Shown here one piece after another: positions 27,280 to 39,902 of a stretch of 64,000 bases of DNA; the stretch's first letter is position 1, and each line of letters starts with the position of its first letter. The DNA is from Podarcis gaigeae. Lineage: Eukaryota. A program made the position numbers and the translations under genes. The stretch lies in the NCBI GenBank assembly GCA_964106915.2, contig OZ066931.1. One strand, given 5' to 3'. The notes beneath the pieces are model-generated. The model ran no database searches. It was not told where the DNA came from and worked only from the letters and a program-made list of their open reading frames with translations.

Positions 27280-27985
27280 TTTATTTTGTATACCACCAGT
27301 CTTCTGAAGATCACAGGGAGGTTCACAACATAAAACTACAATCATAGAACTACAATCAGCCAAAGGCCTGGGAGAACAGAAACATTTTTGCCTGGCACCT
27401 AAAGATACATAATGAAGATGCCAAATGAGCCTCCTTGGGGAGAGCATTCCACAAATGGGGGGCCACCGCAGAAAAGGCCCCATTCTCGTGTTGTCGCCCT
27501 CTGGACCTCTCATGGAGGACGCACACAAAGAAGGGCCTCAGACGATGATTGCAGAGTCTGGGTCAGTTCATTTGAGCAGAGGTGGTCCTTAAAGTATTGT
27601 GATCGTCAGCTATTTAAAGCTTTATAGGTGAAAAACAGCACTCTGAATTGGGCCTGGAATCTAACTGGAAGCCCGTGCAGTTAGGCCAGGATTGAGGTCA
27701 TATGTTCAAGCTGTCTTACCCCAGTAACCAACCTGCCTGCTGAATTCTGCACCAGCTGAAGTTTCAGAACCGTCTTCAGAGGCAGCTCTGCGTAAAGCAG
27801 TAATCTAACCTAGAGGTTACCAGATCACAGATGCCACTCCATGCCACTTGAACCTCAAGTAACAGTGATTGCTCTAGAGGTATACCCAAGCTAGGTAACT
27901 GCTCTTTCAGGGGGAGTGTAACCCCATCAAAAGCTGACCACCTCCCAGCCATCTGGACTTGGGAATCAGCTGCTCCCATGCAGTT
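27280..27985 (-). mobile_element. L2 LINE 3' fragment
   Basis: DGVTLPLKEQLPSLGI...LVTSRLDYC; (AAC)n/AATAAA tail. Confidence 0.8.
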
Positions 27986-28057
27986 CTTCCTTTGGACAGT
28001 ATTACTTTGTTGTGACGTTGTTTCGGACTATCAGCACAGACATGTATGTATCTAGAA

Positions 28058-28305
28058 CAGGGGTAGGCAACCTAAGGCCCGGGGGCCAGATCCGGCCCAA
28101 TCGCCTTCTCAATCCAGCCCACAGACGGTCCGGGAATCAGCATGTTTTTACTTGAGTAGAATGTGTGCTCTTATTTAAAATGCATCTCTGGGTTATTTGT
28201 GGGGCATAGGAATTCGTTCATCCCCCCCCCCCATATAGTCTGGCCCACCACATGGTCTGAGGGGCGGTGGACTGGCCCCCTGCTGAAAAAGGTTGCTGAC
28301 CTCTG
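28058..28305. mobile_element. hAT-Charlie MITE
   Basis: TIR CAGGGGTAGGCAACC / GGTTGCTGACCTCTG; perfect TSD atctagaa. Confidence 0.9.
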
Positions 28306-28830
28306 ATCTAGAAGGTGCATCAGACAAATCTGGTTGAATAAAAATTACCTGCTTCTGAGATCTTCTCATCTCAAGTATTTAACTGCATTTGGAAAATTGA
28401 TAAAGAGGGACATATTTAATTTATTAAAATTGGGGGTGGGGGGAGGGAGTCCTTCAAGGAAAAGGCGTAGGATTAGGTTGCAAGCACCGGCACCTACAAA
28501 TCTCACCATCAGATATTGTACAGTTTTAATACCAGGGGCATTCTGAGCGATGCTGTTTTTGTTCGTTTGGTTTAGTCTTGGGAAATGTAAATACCATTCT
28601 TGGAATCATTTAGTCTCTGTCGTCTTGTCTTTGATCATTCTCCCATGGGAAAGAATTCAAGAGAACCGCAGGCCGGCTAACGAGGACGCTTCTTTGTGAT
28701 CTTGTAGCACTTGGCGCATGGGGAGGAAGGCAAGAGCGACTGGCATGAGAAAAGATGTGCGAGAGAGGGGTGTCTCCCACAATCCACTTGATGGAAACCC
28801 ATTTGTTGGATTGACGTCATGCTCATTAAG

Positions 28831-29482
28831 CAAGAATATGAGAAGAGCCTGCTGGGTCAGGTCAATGGCCCATCTAGTCCAGCATCCTCCTCACAGGGCC
28901 TGTGGGAAACCAGCAAGCAGGATTCAAGTCTATGGGACCACCTCTCCTTGTTTGCCCCACAGAGGACCTTAAGGTACACGAATAACCATAGTTTAGAGGT
29001 CCCGGGCCCTAAGGAAGTCAGACTATCCTCCACCAGGTCTTTTCAGTGATGGTTCAGACCTGGTGGAATGCTCTGTCCCATGAGACTAGGGCCCTTGAGG
29101 ATTTAACCTCCTTCCGTCAGGCCTATAAGACAGAGCTATTCAGCCTGGCCTTTAATTTGAATTCAGCCTGATCTTTTATTTCCCTTCTCTTCCCTCCCCC
29201 TTCCCTTTTATAAAGATCACCCGCTCTGAGAACCCACATCTTATTCTCCCCTGGCCTCCTCGCTGGCCCAAGTAGGACCAATTCAGCCAGCTAGCCCTGG
29301 GGATTATCTAATGCTTATTTCCCCTAAATTGATTTTTGACTTTTATTGTTATTCATGTTTTTATACTGTATTTTATGCTGCTTTTATAATTAAGTATTTT
29401 AAATTTGTTGTTAGCCGCCCTGAGCCCGGTTTTTGAACTGGGAAGGGCGAGGTATGTATGTATGTATGTATGTATGTATGTA

Positions 29483-29513
<31 letters not shown>

Positions 29514-29745
29514 ATATTATTAAGAGCACTCCTTTCCTGTGGTTTCCAGCTGCTGGCATTCAGAAGCATTACAGCCTCTGCACGTGGTGGCAGAGCAGAA
29601 CCATTGACACTAGTAGCCACTGGCCCTCCATTAATTTGTCCAATTCCCCTTTAAAGCCACCCCAGTTGGTTCCAATGGTGTGTTGCATGAAGACATACTT
29701 CCTTTTATCTAGCCTGAATCTTCCAACATTCAGCTTCAGTTACAG
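28831..29745 (-). mobile_element. CR1 3' remnant split by an L2 insertion
   Basis: 28831-28934 and 29522-29745 match consecutive parts of the CR1 copy at 11.8-12.2 kb. Confidence 0.65.
28935..29452 (+). mobile_element. L2 LINE 3' end inserted in a CR1 remnant
   Basis: Near-identical in inverse orientation to 58450-59025; ends in (TATG)n(TAAA)n. Confidence 0.75.
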
Positions 29746-31143
29746 TCTTATGAGAGAAGCAGTGGTGTAGTGTGGTTTGCTGGTACCCGGGGCAGGTGTG
29801 TGTATGCACTGGGATGGGCATGGAGGGTAAATGAAACCAACCGCACCAGCCCAGCCCTTGCCACCGACACTACCGGGGCACCCCCTGGAGCCAAGTGGGG
29901 CCACGCTGTGCCACTTGCCCAACTGTGCGGGGGGGGGGGGGGCGGCCCCGGCCAGCCAAGGCAGCCCTTGGCGGGCAAATCCCCCTGACGCCCACAGGCA
30001 GGGTGAGGAGGACACAACAGCCACGCAGCCTTTGATCCCAGCCGCACAAAGCAAGGGTGAGGCTGGGATCGAAGGGTGCGTGGCTGTTGTGTCCTCCTTA
30101 CACTGCCCTGCTGGCCCTGTGCCACTTTGTGAGGCTGGGATCTGATCTGAGTGATTTCACCCGGTGAATCATTCCAGTCAGATCTCAGCCTTGCAAAGCA
30201 GAGCAGGGCTGGCAGGATGGCCTGTGGAGCCAAATGCGCAGTGTCCCCTTAAAATATGTGCTCGGGGCCATTGCCCTGGCAGGCCCTCCTGCCGGGGGGT
30301 GGGGGGACAGGACTTTTCCTATCTGATTATGCCATGCAAAAAGGCAACGTTTATAAACTTCTATCATGCCATCACTCACATTTTCTCCAAACTGAAAAGT
30401 CCCAAATGCTGAAGCTTCCCTGATGCTAAGAAATTTCCTAGTAAGATGTCTGCTACTTCTTACAATGAATCCAGGGTTTTGATGAAGTAATGAAGGGTGA
30501 CGCAAGTCCAGATTGGAGGCTAGCAATATTTATAGCAGCAATATTTAACTAAACTTTCCTGTGAGAGCAAGGCTTGCAAAGGGGCTTCCCAGGTCTCCTT
30601 CCCTGTGCATGCGTTGAGCCACCGCAATTTGGTCTGGGGTGTTGGAACCCCTCAAACACATTTAGGGGGCAGGCGGAGGGGAGGGGGTAAAGTTCTGTTG
30701 CATAAGGAGAAATCCTTCCGCTGGTGGATCTAGTTCCTTAACCCAATATGTTGGTCTAGGGTTTGGGTTTTTTCCCTTCCAAAAAGATTGTTCACTTTCT
30801 CCAAGAACTAGGCTTTTGACATAGTTCCCTTTTAAAGCAGAAAGGGACTTTTCATTAAGAAAAGGGGATAAATGGTTGTAGCAAGGCTACTCCTACTCAG
30901 AGTAGACTCAGCAAAATTAATTGGCATGGCTAACTGAGGTCCATTGGTTTCCATGAGTCTATGAACCTCAGGCTTCCAGAACTCAGGGAGAGTGGACCTA
31001 CTGGAGAGGTCAGGCAGGACGTACACACGGGTCTGGTAGACTGGAAAACGTATATCTCTTTCCCCCCACAACTTAAAGTGCAATTTTGTACATACAAGTA
31101 AATAAATACACACACACATGCCTGCAATGGGGTGTGGAAACAC

Positions 31144-31748
31144 CAGGGATTTTTTTTCAGCCGGAACTCACCGGAACTCAATTCTTGTTGTTGTTGTTTA
31201 GTCGTTTAGTCATGTCCGACTCTTCGTGACTCCATGGACCAGAGCATGCCAGGCACTCCTGTCTTCCATTGCCTCCCGCAGTTTGGTCAAACTCATGCTG
31301 GTAGCTTCGAGAACACTGTACCACCATCTCGTCCTCTGTTGGCCCCTTTTTCTTGTGCCTTCAACCTTTCCCAACATGAGGGTCTTTTCCAGGGAGTCTT
31401 CTCTTCTCATGAGGTGGCCAAAGTATTGGAGCCTCAGCTTCATGATCTGTCCTTCCAGTGAGCACTCAGGGCTGATTTCCTTAAGAATGGAGAGGTTTGA
31501 TCTTGCAGTCCATGGGACTCTCAAGAGTCTCCTCCAACACCATAATTCAAAAGCATCAATTCTTCAGTGATCAGCCTTCTTTATGGTCCAGCTCTCACTT
31601 CCATACATCACTACTGGGAAAACCATAGCTTTAACTATATGGAACTCAATTCTGGCATCTATCAAGTGGACGCCATTGCCATTCTAAGAGAATGAGGGAG
31701 GTGTTCATGGTGAGTTCCAGCACCTCTTTTTCTAGTGAAATTGCACTG
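31144..31748. mobile_element. hAT MITE hosting a Bov-B insertion
   Basis: CAGGG...CACTG ends; perfect TSD ggaaacac. Confidence 0.85.
31185..31640 (-). mobile_element. Bov-B 3' fragment inserted in a hAT MITE
   Basis: Same RTE C-terminal peptide; TSD ggaactcaattc at 31173-31184 and 31641-31652. Confidence 0.92.
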
Positions 31749-31834
31749 GGAAACACAAACTGGGAGGGAGTTGAGAATATTGATGCACAATACCTGTGAA
31801 AGAGATACCCACCTGCTTGTATAGATAGCAGTAG

Positions 31835-32070
31835 GTGTCATGGGCTGTGAAGATGCTCAAACTCAGGATGAAAGGGAGAAGTGTGCTAAGAGGAAGGCAC
31901 GTTTGGCAAAGCCTCACCGTGATCAACTCCCACCCAGAAGCCTATGTCCCCACTGTGGAAGGACGTGTGGATCCAGAATTGGCCTCCACAGTCACTTACG
32001 GACTCACTGTTAAGATCGTGTTCATGGAAGACAACCTTACTCGGCTATGAGGGATCGCCAAAGATGAAGA
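31835..32070 (+). mobile_element. RTE-clade LINE 3' fragment (not Bov-B) with C2H2 finger
   Basis: Encodes CPHCGRTCGSRIGLHSHLRTH; flanking repeat agatagcag; same family as 48715-49222. Confidence 0.8.
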
Positions 32071-32355
32071 AGATAGCAGCAATATAGCTGCCACTTCAAC
32101 AATCAATATAGTTCGCTGGTTGGGAAAACTGCAAAGGGATGTGTTATGGAAGCACTCAGACATGAGGGAATGGTTCTTACATGTTTCAAGTGCTTAGGGT
32201 GGTCTTGCCACTTATCTCCACTACATCATTCATAAATATGCTTTTAAAGCTGGCAGAGCCATGCTGGAGGAGTTTGGATGAGGGGGAAGTGACCATCTTG
32301 CTGGCCTCTGCTAGCGAGGAGCATCCCAATTTGCCTGTCCATGAGGAAGGTGGAA

Positions 32356-32705
32356 GGGAGGCGGGTGGCGCTGTGGGTTAAACCACAGAGCCTAGGACTT
32401 GCCGATCAGAAGGTCGGCGGTTCGAATCCCCGTGACAGGGTGAGCTCCCATTGCTCGGTCCCTGCTCCTGCCAACCTAGCAGTTCGAAAGCACAAAGTGC
32501 AAGTAGATAAATAGGTACCGCTCCGGCAGGAAGGTAAACGGCATTTCCATGTGCTGCTCTGGTTCGCCAGAAGCGGCTTAGTCATGCTGGCCACATGACC
32601 CGGAAGCTGTACGCTGGCTTCCTCAGCCAATAAAGCGAGATGAGTGCCACAACCCCAGAGTCGGTCACGACTGGACCTAATGGTCAGGGGTCCCTTTACC
32701 TCTTT
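32356..32705 (+). mobile_element. Sauria SINE, full length
   Basis: A-box GGTGGCGCTGTGG, B-box GGTTCGAATCC, ACCTTT-type tail, TSD aggaaggtggaag. Confidence 0.92.
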
Positions 32706-33369
32706 AAGGAAGGTGGAAGCTACTGCCAGTGCCATTCTTACTGGTAGCACCAACAGAACAACCCCAAAATGAGGGGTTTCAGGGGAGAGGAGGGGGCTGG
32801 GTTGGGCTGGACTGACGCAGCATCTGCTACCTGCCATGCTGTCCTTGCTACCGCCACATGATGGCAAAGGGCCTGATCCAGGCCCTCTCTGCTGCACCAG
32901 CCTAGAAGTGGTGGAGACTAACAAGTCCTCTTGCTGCTGGATTGACCTTTGAGTATATCTTCAAACATATACGTGGATATATAACAATCGAAACACTCTC
33001 CTTAGGAGTAATTGCACATCCATGTTAGACACAGCCTGACATTAGGGAAGTGTGACTGCCTGGAACCAATCCCTATAAATAATGTTTACTGTTCCTCATT
33101 GCCCTTATAATTGTGTAAGCTAAGCAGATGGCTGTGGTTCCTTTGAAAAAGACCCTTGGTTAATTTTTGTGTTGCGCATTATTGCTAGAGTCACTAAGTT
33201 TGTTGTTCGTGGTGTTCCTTTTGGAAAACCCCTGGGCTTTTGAATAAAGGTACAGAGAACAGACAATAGGGAAGTCATTGCTTGTCAACAATACGCTTCT
33301 CATAGCTGGAAAAAGTTGCCATCAGATCATTGTGCAGCTGCTCATAAAAGCTGACCTTTGAAGTTTCCA

Positions 33370-33683
33370 AACAGCCTCAGCCAAGTATACCTGAAGGAAC
33401 ATCTCCACCCCCATCATTCAGCCCAGACTCTGAGGTCCAGCGCTGAGGGCCTTCTGGTGGTTCCCTCCCTGCGAGAAGCGAAGTTACAGGGAACCAGGCG
33501 GAAGGCCTTCTCAGTAGCAGCACCCGCACTGTGGAACACCCTCCCATCAGATGTCAAGGAAATAAGCAACTATCTGACTTTTAGAAGACATCTGAAGGCA
33601 GCCCTGTTTAGGGAACTTTTTAATGTTTGAAGTTTTATTCTGTTTTTAGTGTTCTGTTGGGAGCCGCCCAGAGTGGCTGGGGT
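33370..33683 (+). mobile_element. L2 3' end (family also at 20620-20735, 21085-21240, 36800-37095, 57690-57872, 59165-59365)
   Basis: YLKEHLHP...AFSVAAPALWNTLPSDVKEISNYLTFRRHLKAALFRE. Confidence 0.8.
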
Positions 33684-33764
33684 ATTATTATTATTATTAA
33701 TCAGTAAGGATTTTTATTTATTTATTTATATTAAAGATTTTCTTGATTTACAAAAGTGTGTGCA

Positions 33765-33817
<53 letters not shown>

Positions 33818-34502
33818 GTATTTTTTCTTCTTCCATGTAACATTTTTACAAATACCCTCACCTGAACCCCAACCCTTAAGTTGTGCAGCCCGGTGAAAAC
33901 TAGGATTCCTTAAGCTGGTGTGCTTTCAAAATCCTCTCCTGCTATTGTTGTCTCTCATCTGTGCTGTCCCAAGCCAGAAAATGCTTCCCACAGGTGCTTC
34001 GAAGTGTCCGCTTGTGCGAGATTAGGTGAAGCAGAAAGCGCATAAGAAACTTGTGTTGAACGGTTGTATCCACATGCTCAGGCAGAAATGACAGATTCAG
34101 GAACGCCTCCGATGAAACAGAAGCCTAGAGAGTTAGCACACAAGTATGAACAGCTGGAACAGAGAGGGAGTTGGTGGAAAAGAACTTCAGCTCTCCTTCC
34201 TCACCTCCCTATATGCTGCTGTTGCTGTTCATCATCATTGCTGCAGGCCAGAAACTGCCGAGAAGGGGAGGAAGGGAAAACAAGGAATTCTTTTCCTCCC
34301 TTGGATATTAATCCGAGGAGGCAAAGAATTTGGCCTCTGACAAAGTGCCAGGGAGGGTCATGAACCCCCGTAGTTCATTGGGTTCACCAGGACTTGAGAC
34401 ATGTGATTTGGCTCTTAGAATTTGTTCCTACGAGATGTAATGATAGCTACCAACTTGGATGGCTTTAAAAGAGAATTAGACAATTCGTGAAGGATAAGGT
34501 CT

Positions 34503-34957
34503 TAGGATGGGTGATATATCATCCAAACTGGTTTGAAGTCCATATTGTGATACCTGTTTCGTAATTTTTGTCCTCACCAATATATGGCGAATCATGATGT
34601 GTGTTAGAGTTGGGTGATATATCATCCAAAACTCGTTTGAAGTCATGATACCGGTTTCATAATTTTGGTCGATATATCGCGAATCGTGGTGTGTGTGTAT
34701 CTACTGTGCAAAAATCACAGTGTGGGGAAAACCGTGAAGCCAGCCAATGCTTCTCTCTATTCCTGCAGCCCCTGTTAACTCTGCTAGCTCAGCTCTCTCC
34801 TGAATCATGCAGGGGGGCAGCGAATCACAAGAGAAGGCGCCGGCAAAAATCATGATACAAGGAAAAACTTTATTTCAGACACCTGATATATTGGTATATC
34901 ACAATGCTTAGCTGGTGATATATAACAATGTTGAAAACCAGATATCGCCCAGCCTTA
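34503..34957. mobile_element. hAT-like element with duplicated left end (right-end fragment also at 11440-11517)
   Basis: TAGGATGGGTGATAT / ATATCGCCCAGCCTTA; second left end at ~34605; TSD not clear. Confidence 0.6.
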
Positions 34958-35211
34958 GGCTCCAGTCCTGTACACAATAGGCAATATTTTGCCAACTGTT
35001 AGCACAATGATTCCCTCCAGCACAATGGGACTTCCTCTCTTCCCCATGCATACTCTGTGTACCCTCCCCAAATCTGCTGGGGGGACGACTGGAAACCCCT
35101 CAAACCAATTTGAGGAGGTCTAGTGGGAGCGGGGTGGAGGAGTTCTGCATAAGCAGAAATCCTTGTACTATCAGAACCTAGTGCTACGTTGAATACAACC
35201 CAGTGGCTCTT

Positions 35212-35422
35212 TTTGTTGTTGTTTAGTCGTGTCCAACTCTTCGTGACCCCATGGACCAGAGCACGCCAGGTCCTCCTGTCTTTCACTGCCTCCCGCAGTC
35301 TGGTCAAACTCATGCTGGTAGCTTTGAGAACACTTTCCAAACATCTCGTCCTCTGTCGTCCCCTTCTCCTTGTGCCCTCCATCTTTCCCAACATCAGGGC
35401 CTTTTCCAGGGAGTCTTCTCTT
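35212..35422 (-). mobile_element. Bov-B short 3' fragment
   Basis: REDSLEKALMLGKMEGTRRRGRQR...; (CAA)n tail. Confidence 0.88.
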
Positions 35423-35441
35423 ACTTCTGAGTAAACATGTA

Positions 35442-35669
35442 CAGTGGATGCTCCGGTTGCAAACGTGATCCGTGCGGGATGCATGCTCACAACCCGCAAC
35501 ATTCGCAACCCGCAGCACCGCATCTGCACACACGTGGGTTGCGATTCAGCGCTTCTGCGCATGTGCGACTGCCAAAACCCAGAAGTAACCCGTTCCAGTA
35601 CTACCAGGTTTTGGCGGTCCGTAACCTGAAAAACGCAACCTGAAGCGTCTGTAGCCTGAGGTTTGACTG
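35442..35669. mobile_element. Tigger-like MITE (related copy 46195-46431)
   Basis: TA|CAGT...ACTG|TA; internal GCGCATGTGCG motifs. Confidence 0.75.
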
Positions 35670-36246
35670 TACAAGATTGCGATGTTAGTCTCCCCCCATC
35701 TGTTCAGTCCAGCAAAAAATAATAATGCATCATGTGACTCCACTCATCATGTTTTTCAGCTGCAAGTTGCACTGGCTGCATTTGGGTGGTCACAATCTCG
35801 GTTTGATAAGATGAGATATGGTTGAATCTTAAGTGCCCCCATGCAGCTGCTTTGCTCTTCCCTTCGAGGAAAAGAGAAGTTAACTCAGCTATTATAACAA
35901 CGGACGTTTAATGCATAAATTGATGTACATATCTATGCATGTACACATACATTTCGAGGAAATTAAGGGCAGGGAGATTCAGAGAAATGGTACACAAAAG
36001 TCACAGAATGTATGTGATGTACTCAGATAACCCCTTGAAGTGCTGACCAGCAACACAATTTTCTGTAGTTTTAGAAAGACGATCAGCAATTCACATGCTG
36101 CAGCGCTGACAAAAACCAGAAGTGTCAGCCCTATTTACCTCTGAAGCACCATTGCTTCCTCATACATTTCTAAAAGCGGAATTAAGTGGAAAGTGCAAAA
36201 TTGCAGGCAGCTCAGAAGAACAGTTTCCCATCTTCATTTTATCTCT

Positions 36247-36299
36247 TCAGTCTGTAACAGTCACCTCAGTAAGATCCTTGGTTTGAAGATCCAAATCTC
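36247..36299 (-). CDS. PDCD1LG2: Candidate PD-L2 terminal coding exon (RDLDLQTKDLTEVTVTD*)
   Basis: Pyrimidine-rich acceptor ttctttgtctttctgctattccaag, phase 1 compatible, stop TGA; would give a 308-aa protein. ATTAAA on minus at 35907-35912. An alternative acceptor at 36511 is possible. Confidence 0.33.
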
Positions 36300-37098
36300 C
36301 TTGGAATAGCAGAAAGACAAAGAACTTTAGACAAGTGATAAACGGGAAAAGCCTTTGTCTCCTTTTCTTTAACCAGATGTTTCAGAGTCCCCCAAATTCA
36401 AGGTTTCCATCTTTGTGTTTGGTACATATGACACTTCATGATTCAGAAACTGACACAGGGAGAACCCCCAGTTTCTCAGATTGATGGACCGTGAGTAATT
36501 TCTAGTCACATCTGTAGTTTTCAGGTTTGACACAGGAAATAGCGGGGGTGGGGGTGGGAACTGTTCTGAGAGAAGCTTAAATAGTGAAGAGAGATGAGAA
36601 TTATGATTCCTTTTCACAAACTTAATCACCGATTTGAACACACACTTTCAGTCCTTGAAGTAAATCTACTATGCCTTTCCTTTCTCCCTTGAGAAGGTGA
36701 GTGGACTGAACAGATTGATAGTTTGGATGGAAACAATGCCATGGATTTCAGAAGCAATAACATCACCATAGATATATTATGCAACACTTTGCTATACATG
36801 GAGGTCCAGCCGAGGGTCTTCTGGCGGTTCCCTCACTGCGAGAAGCAAAGCTACAGGGAACCAGGCAGAGGGCCTTCTCGGTAGTGGCACCCGCCCTGCG
36901 GAACACCCTCCTATCAGATGTCAAGGAAATAAGATGTCAAGGAAATAAGATGTCAAGGAAATAATCTGACTTTTAGAAGACATCTGAAGGCAGCACTGTT
37001 TAAGGAAGCTTTTAATATTTGTTGAATCATTGTATTTTAATACTCTACTGGAAGCCTCCCAGAGTGGCTGGCTAGATGGGCGGGGTATAAATAATAAA

Positions 37099-37131
<33 letters not shown>

Positions 37132-38136
37132 ATGAACTGGCCAGTATGTAAATACTTTTATAAACAGAGAAGCAGCTAAACAACATTAGGATGGGCCAGA
37201 TGGCGATACCAATCTGGCCCATCCTACGGCCAATTTAGGAGGCAAATTCACCTCTGAGTGGGCAATTGAGATTGTGGGAAGGCATATCTCAGTCAAGCAC
37301 TTCAGTTCATAAGAATAACTAGGGCCAATTCACACACTTACTAGAAAAGACCCCTTCTTTTGTTTATACAACTTTTTTGCCTCTCAAAGTGGTTCGCATT
37401 TTTTCAAAACAACAACAACCACAAAGTGGTGAAATAAAAATTAAAACTCGAATGGAAAAGGAGCAGAGTTGAAAACCTTCCATCTTCTTTTAACAACCAT
37501 TAGAAGCCGTGTGGAATAAGAACATTAGCCTGGCTCAACACCATCAGGGATGGAGCTAGTCTCACCTCCTGAGGGAGTGAATTACACAACTTGGGTTCTG
37601 CCACAAAAAAGGGTCCCGCCCTCCGCAACCAAACATATTTTGGTGGTGGTGGGATATACAACATGAAGGTGTGGAGAGATCTTGTAACATGAGATGTGGG
37701 TTTCATATGATTTGTGTAATCATTCTGCCCCAAAAAGGGAGAAATAGCACACAAATCCACATGTACACAGCTTGAGTTTCATTTTACCTTATGCATATTC
37801 ATGGTCCATGTGTGAGGAGAAACCGTAGGTAGGATACATCTGGGCATCGCCTAATTTGTGGACCCAAATCCAATTTGAAACCCAAACTTGGAGCTCCACA
37901 GTTATTTACAAATAAGCATATACAGGTGCACAACACACAAACTAACACAGACCTTTTCCTTCCAGTAAGATTCAGTGTGGTGCAGTGGAAGCATACTGGA
38001 TATTGACTGGTTTGAGTGAGATTCAAATCTCCGCTTAGCCGTAAAGTTCACTGGAGATTTGCTTAAAGCTGCAGGTGTGGTTTTTAAATTTTATTTTTTT
38101 AAAAATATACCAGAGAATTATATCAAAATTACATAC

Positions 38137-38169
38137 TCTTTAAAAACTGCCGGAATTTTCTTCGTTTTC
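38137..38169 (-). CDS. PDCD1LG2: Probable PD-L2 short cytoplasmic exon (GKRRKFRQFLK)
   Basis: Long polypyrimidine acceptor (gcttttcatatttcttcccag), donor |gtatgt, 33 nt, phase 1-1, open in frame with the TM exon. No homology support. Confidence 0.5.
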
Positions 38170-38279
38170 CTGGGAAGAAATATGAAAAGCGAACAAAATG
38201 TTGGTAGGTGTTTACCTAGAAACATGCAAGATTATACAAAGAGAGCTTCCGAGCTTGGCATTTTGCAAGCAACGCTAGC

Positions 38280-39065
38280 TAAGGTTACCAGATTTTTTTC
38301 AAAGAATTTGGGGACACTTTTTTTTTTTGAAAAGGGGGGGGGGGAGTTATTATTATTTTTTAAAAAAGAAGTAATATCTTCTCTTCTGTGGTCTCCTCTG
38401 TTGCGTGGCCTTCCTCTGGGCTTCTCTCTTGGAGCACTAGCCGCCATGGAGTAGGCTCGGGTTGGGCCTGGGCTCAGCCACATGTCCTTGCCCTCCCAGT
38501 GCTCTCCTACCTCTCCTCCTCAGCGGCAGTGGCACTGCAAGGTCAGGGCTCCCCTCTTTTTTCTCCTTCCCCTTTCTCTCTCTTCCTTCTCCTTCTCCTC
38601 TCCTCCTTCTCCCTTCTCCAGAGTTTTCCTGGCCCTAGAGCATAGATGGAAAGTCGGCCAGGTGCTCTTGCTCCAGGCTCAATTTGGGTCATGGGGTGGT
38701 GTCAGCGGTTCCCCCAGTTGAAGTGCCAGGCGTCCCCAGTTTCCCCTTGGCAGTGGTGGCGGCAGCGGCAGCCTCAGCAGCCCAGAGCCAGCCTGGTAGC
38801 GCAGTTGGCTCTGGTTGCCTTCAGGAGCTGCTCACTGCTGTGGCACCCGCCATTTTGCCTTGCCGGAAGTCCCCATATGAAGTGTCTTGTGCCGTTGAAC
38901 CAACCACGCAACATTCATTCCCTACTAATAAATCTACAACACTTAAAATATAAATCAGGGAACATTAAGTGAAATCCGGGGACATTCTGGGGACGGATTT
39001 TGTCCGGGGACAGATTTTTAAATCCGGGGACTGTCCCCGGGAAATGGGGACGTCTGGTAACCATA
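38280..39065. mobile_element. Non-autonomous hAT transposon
   Basis: TIR TAAGGTTACCAGA / TCTGGTAACCATA; subterminal CCGGGGAC repeats; flanking repeat cgctagc. Confidence 0.82.
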
Positions 39066-39404
39066 CGCTAGCAAATCTATCATCATGCTAAAACATCAGT
39101 GAAGCTGTAAATCCCCACAATAGGAAGTAGCTGTTCTTAGATATTTCCTGTTATCTATTCCTAGAGAAATGTGGAAATGCCCCAAAACACTTTCGGTTTT
39201 ATTAACACTCCAAGTACTATCGCACAGAAGGAGAAGGCAGGGGAGGAGGAGAAGGAGATCCTAAAACCAGTTGTGGCTATGAAGTTCCATTGAAAGCCAA
39301 GAGTCTGGAAATAGCCATTATCAAGTTGCTTTGTTTATTTCTTCTTGGGCAACCCTTACCAACAGATCCATCGGCTAGCGAGGGTTAGAATACAGTAGTT
39401 GGTG

Positions 39405-39858
39405 CAGGGCAAGATTAAGGTTTGATGAGGCCCTAAGCTACTGAAGGTAATGGGGCCCTTTATATAGCCAGCTGTCCTTTGTCAACAACAAATTGTTGCT
39501 GCTTTTTGTGTTGAATATATGCTATATGGTAATTTATGGACCTCATAGGTATTTAAAGCCATTTGCGCATGTTGCCATGCAACCAGTCCATGCAGAATGT
39601 AGGCACCCTGTATATAGAAATGAACAAACCAGTGATATATTAGGGAGCAGGCTAGCAGGCGGGGCCCATAACTTACATCATAGGAGCCTATACAACAGAA
39701 AACACTGTTGCTGTATGTAGGTTTTATTTTATTTGTTTTTTATCTTATATTTTGGAAATGCACACCCAGTTTTTCCCCCCTTTAAATTTTTTTGGGGCCC
39801 CCAAGAGAGTGGGGCCCTAAGCTGTAGCTTGTTTAGCTTATACGCAAATCCGGCACTG
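39405..39858. mobile_element. Non-autonomous hAT transposon
   Basis: CAGGGCAAGATT / AATCCGGCACTG; TSD agttggtg vs agctggcg (2 transitions). Confidence 0.78.
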
Positions 39859-39902
39859 AGCTGGCGGCCTGCTGGAAAGAAACACTGACCCAACCTCTAG
39901 TC

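Noticed and set aside
32356-32430. tRNA genes
   Set aside because: The A/B boxes belong to tRNA-derived SINE heads; no complete cloverleaf.
33023-33290. Solo LTR (CCAAT, TATAAA, AATAAA, TG...CA)
   Set aside because: No convincing TSD or terminal inverted repeat.
34999-35562. 187-aa ORF
   Set aside because: Chance fusion of MITE, Bov-B and flanking repeat sequence.
36369-36511. Alternative PD-L2 terminal exon (VTRNYSRSINL...)
   Set aside because: Purine-rich acceptor; kept only as an alternative to 36247-36299.
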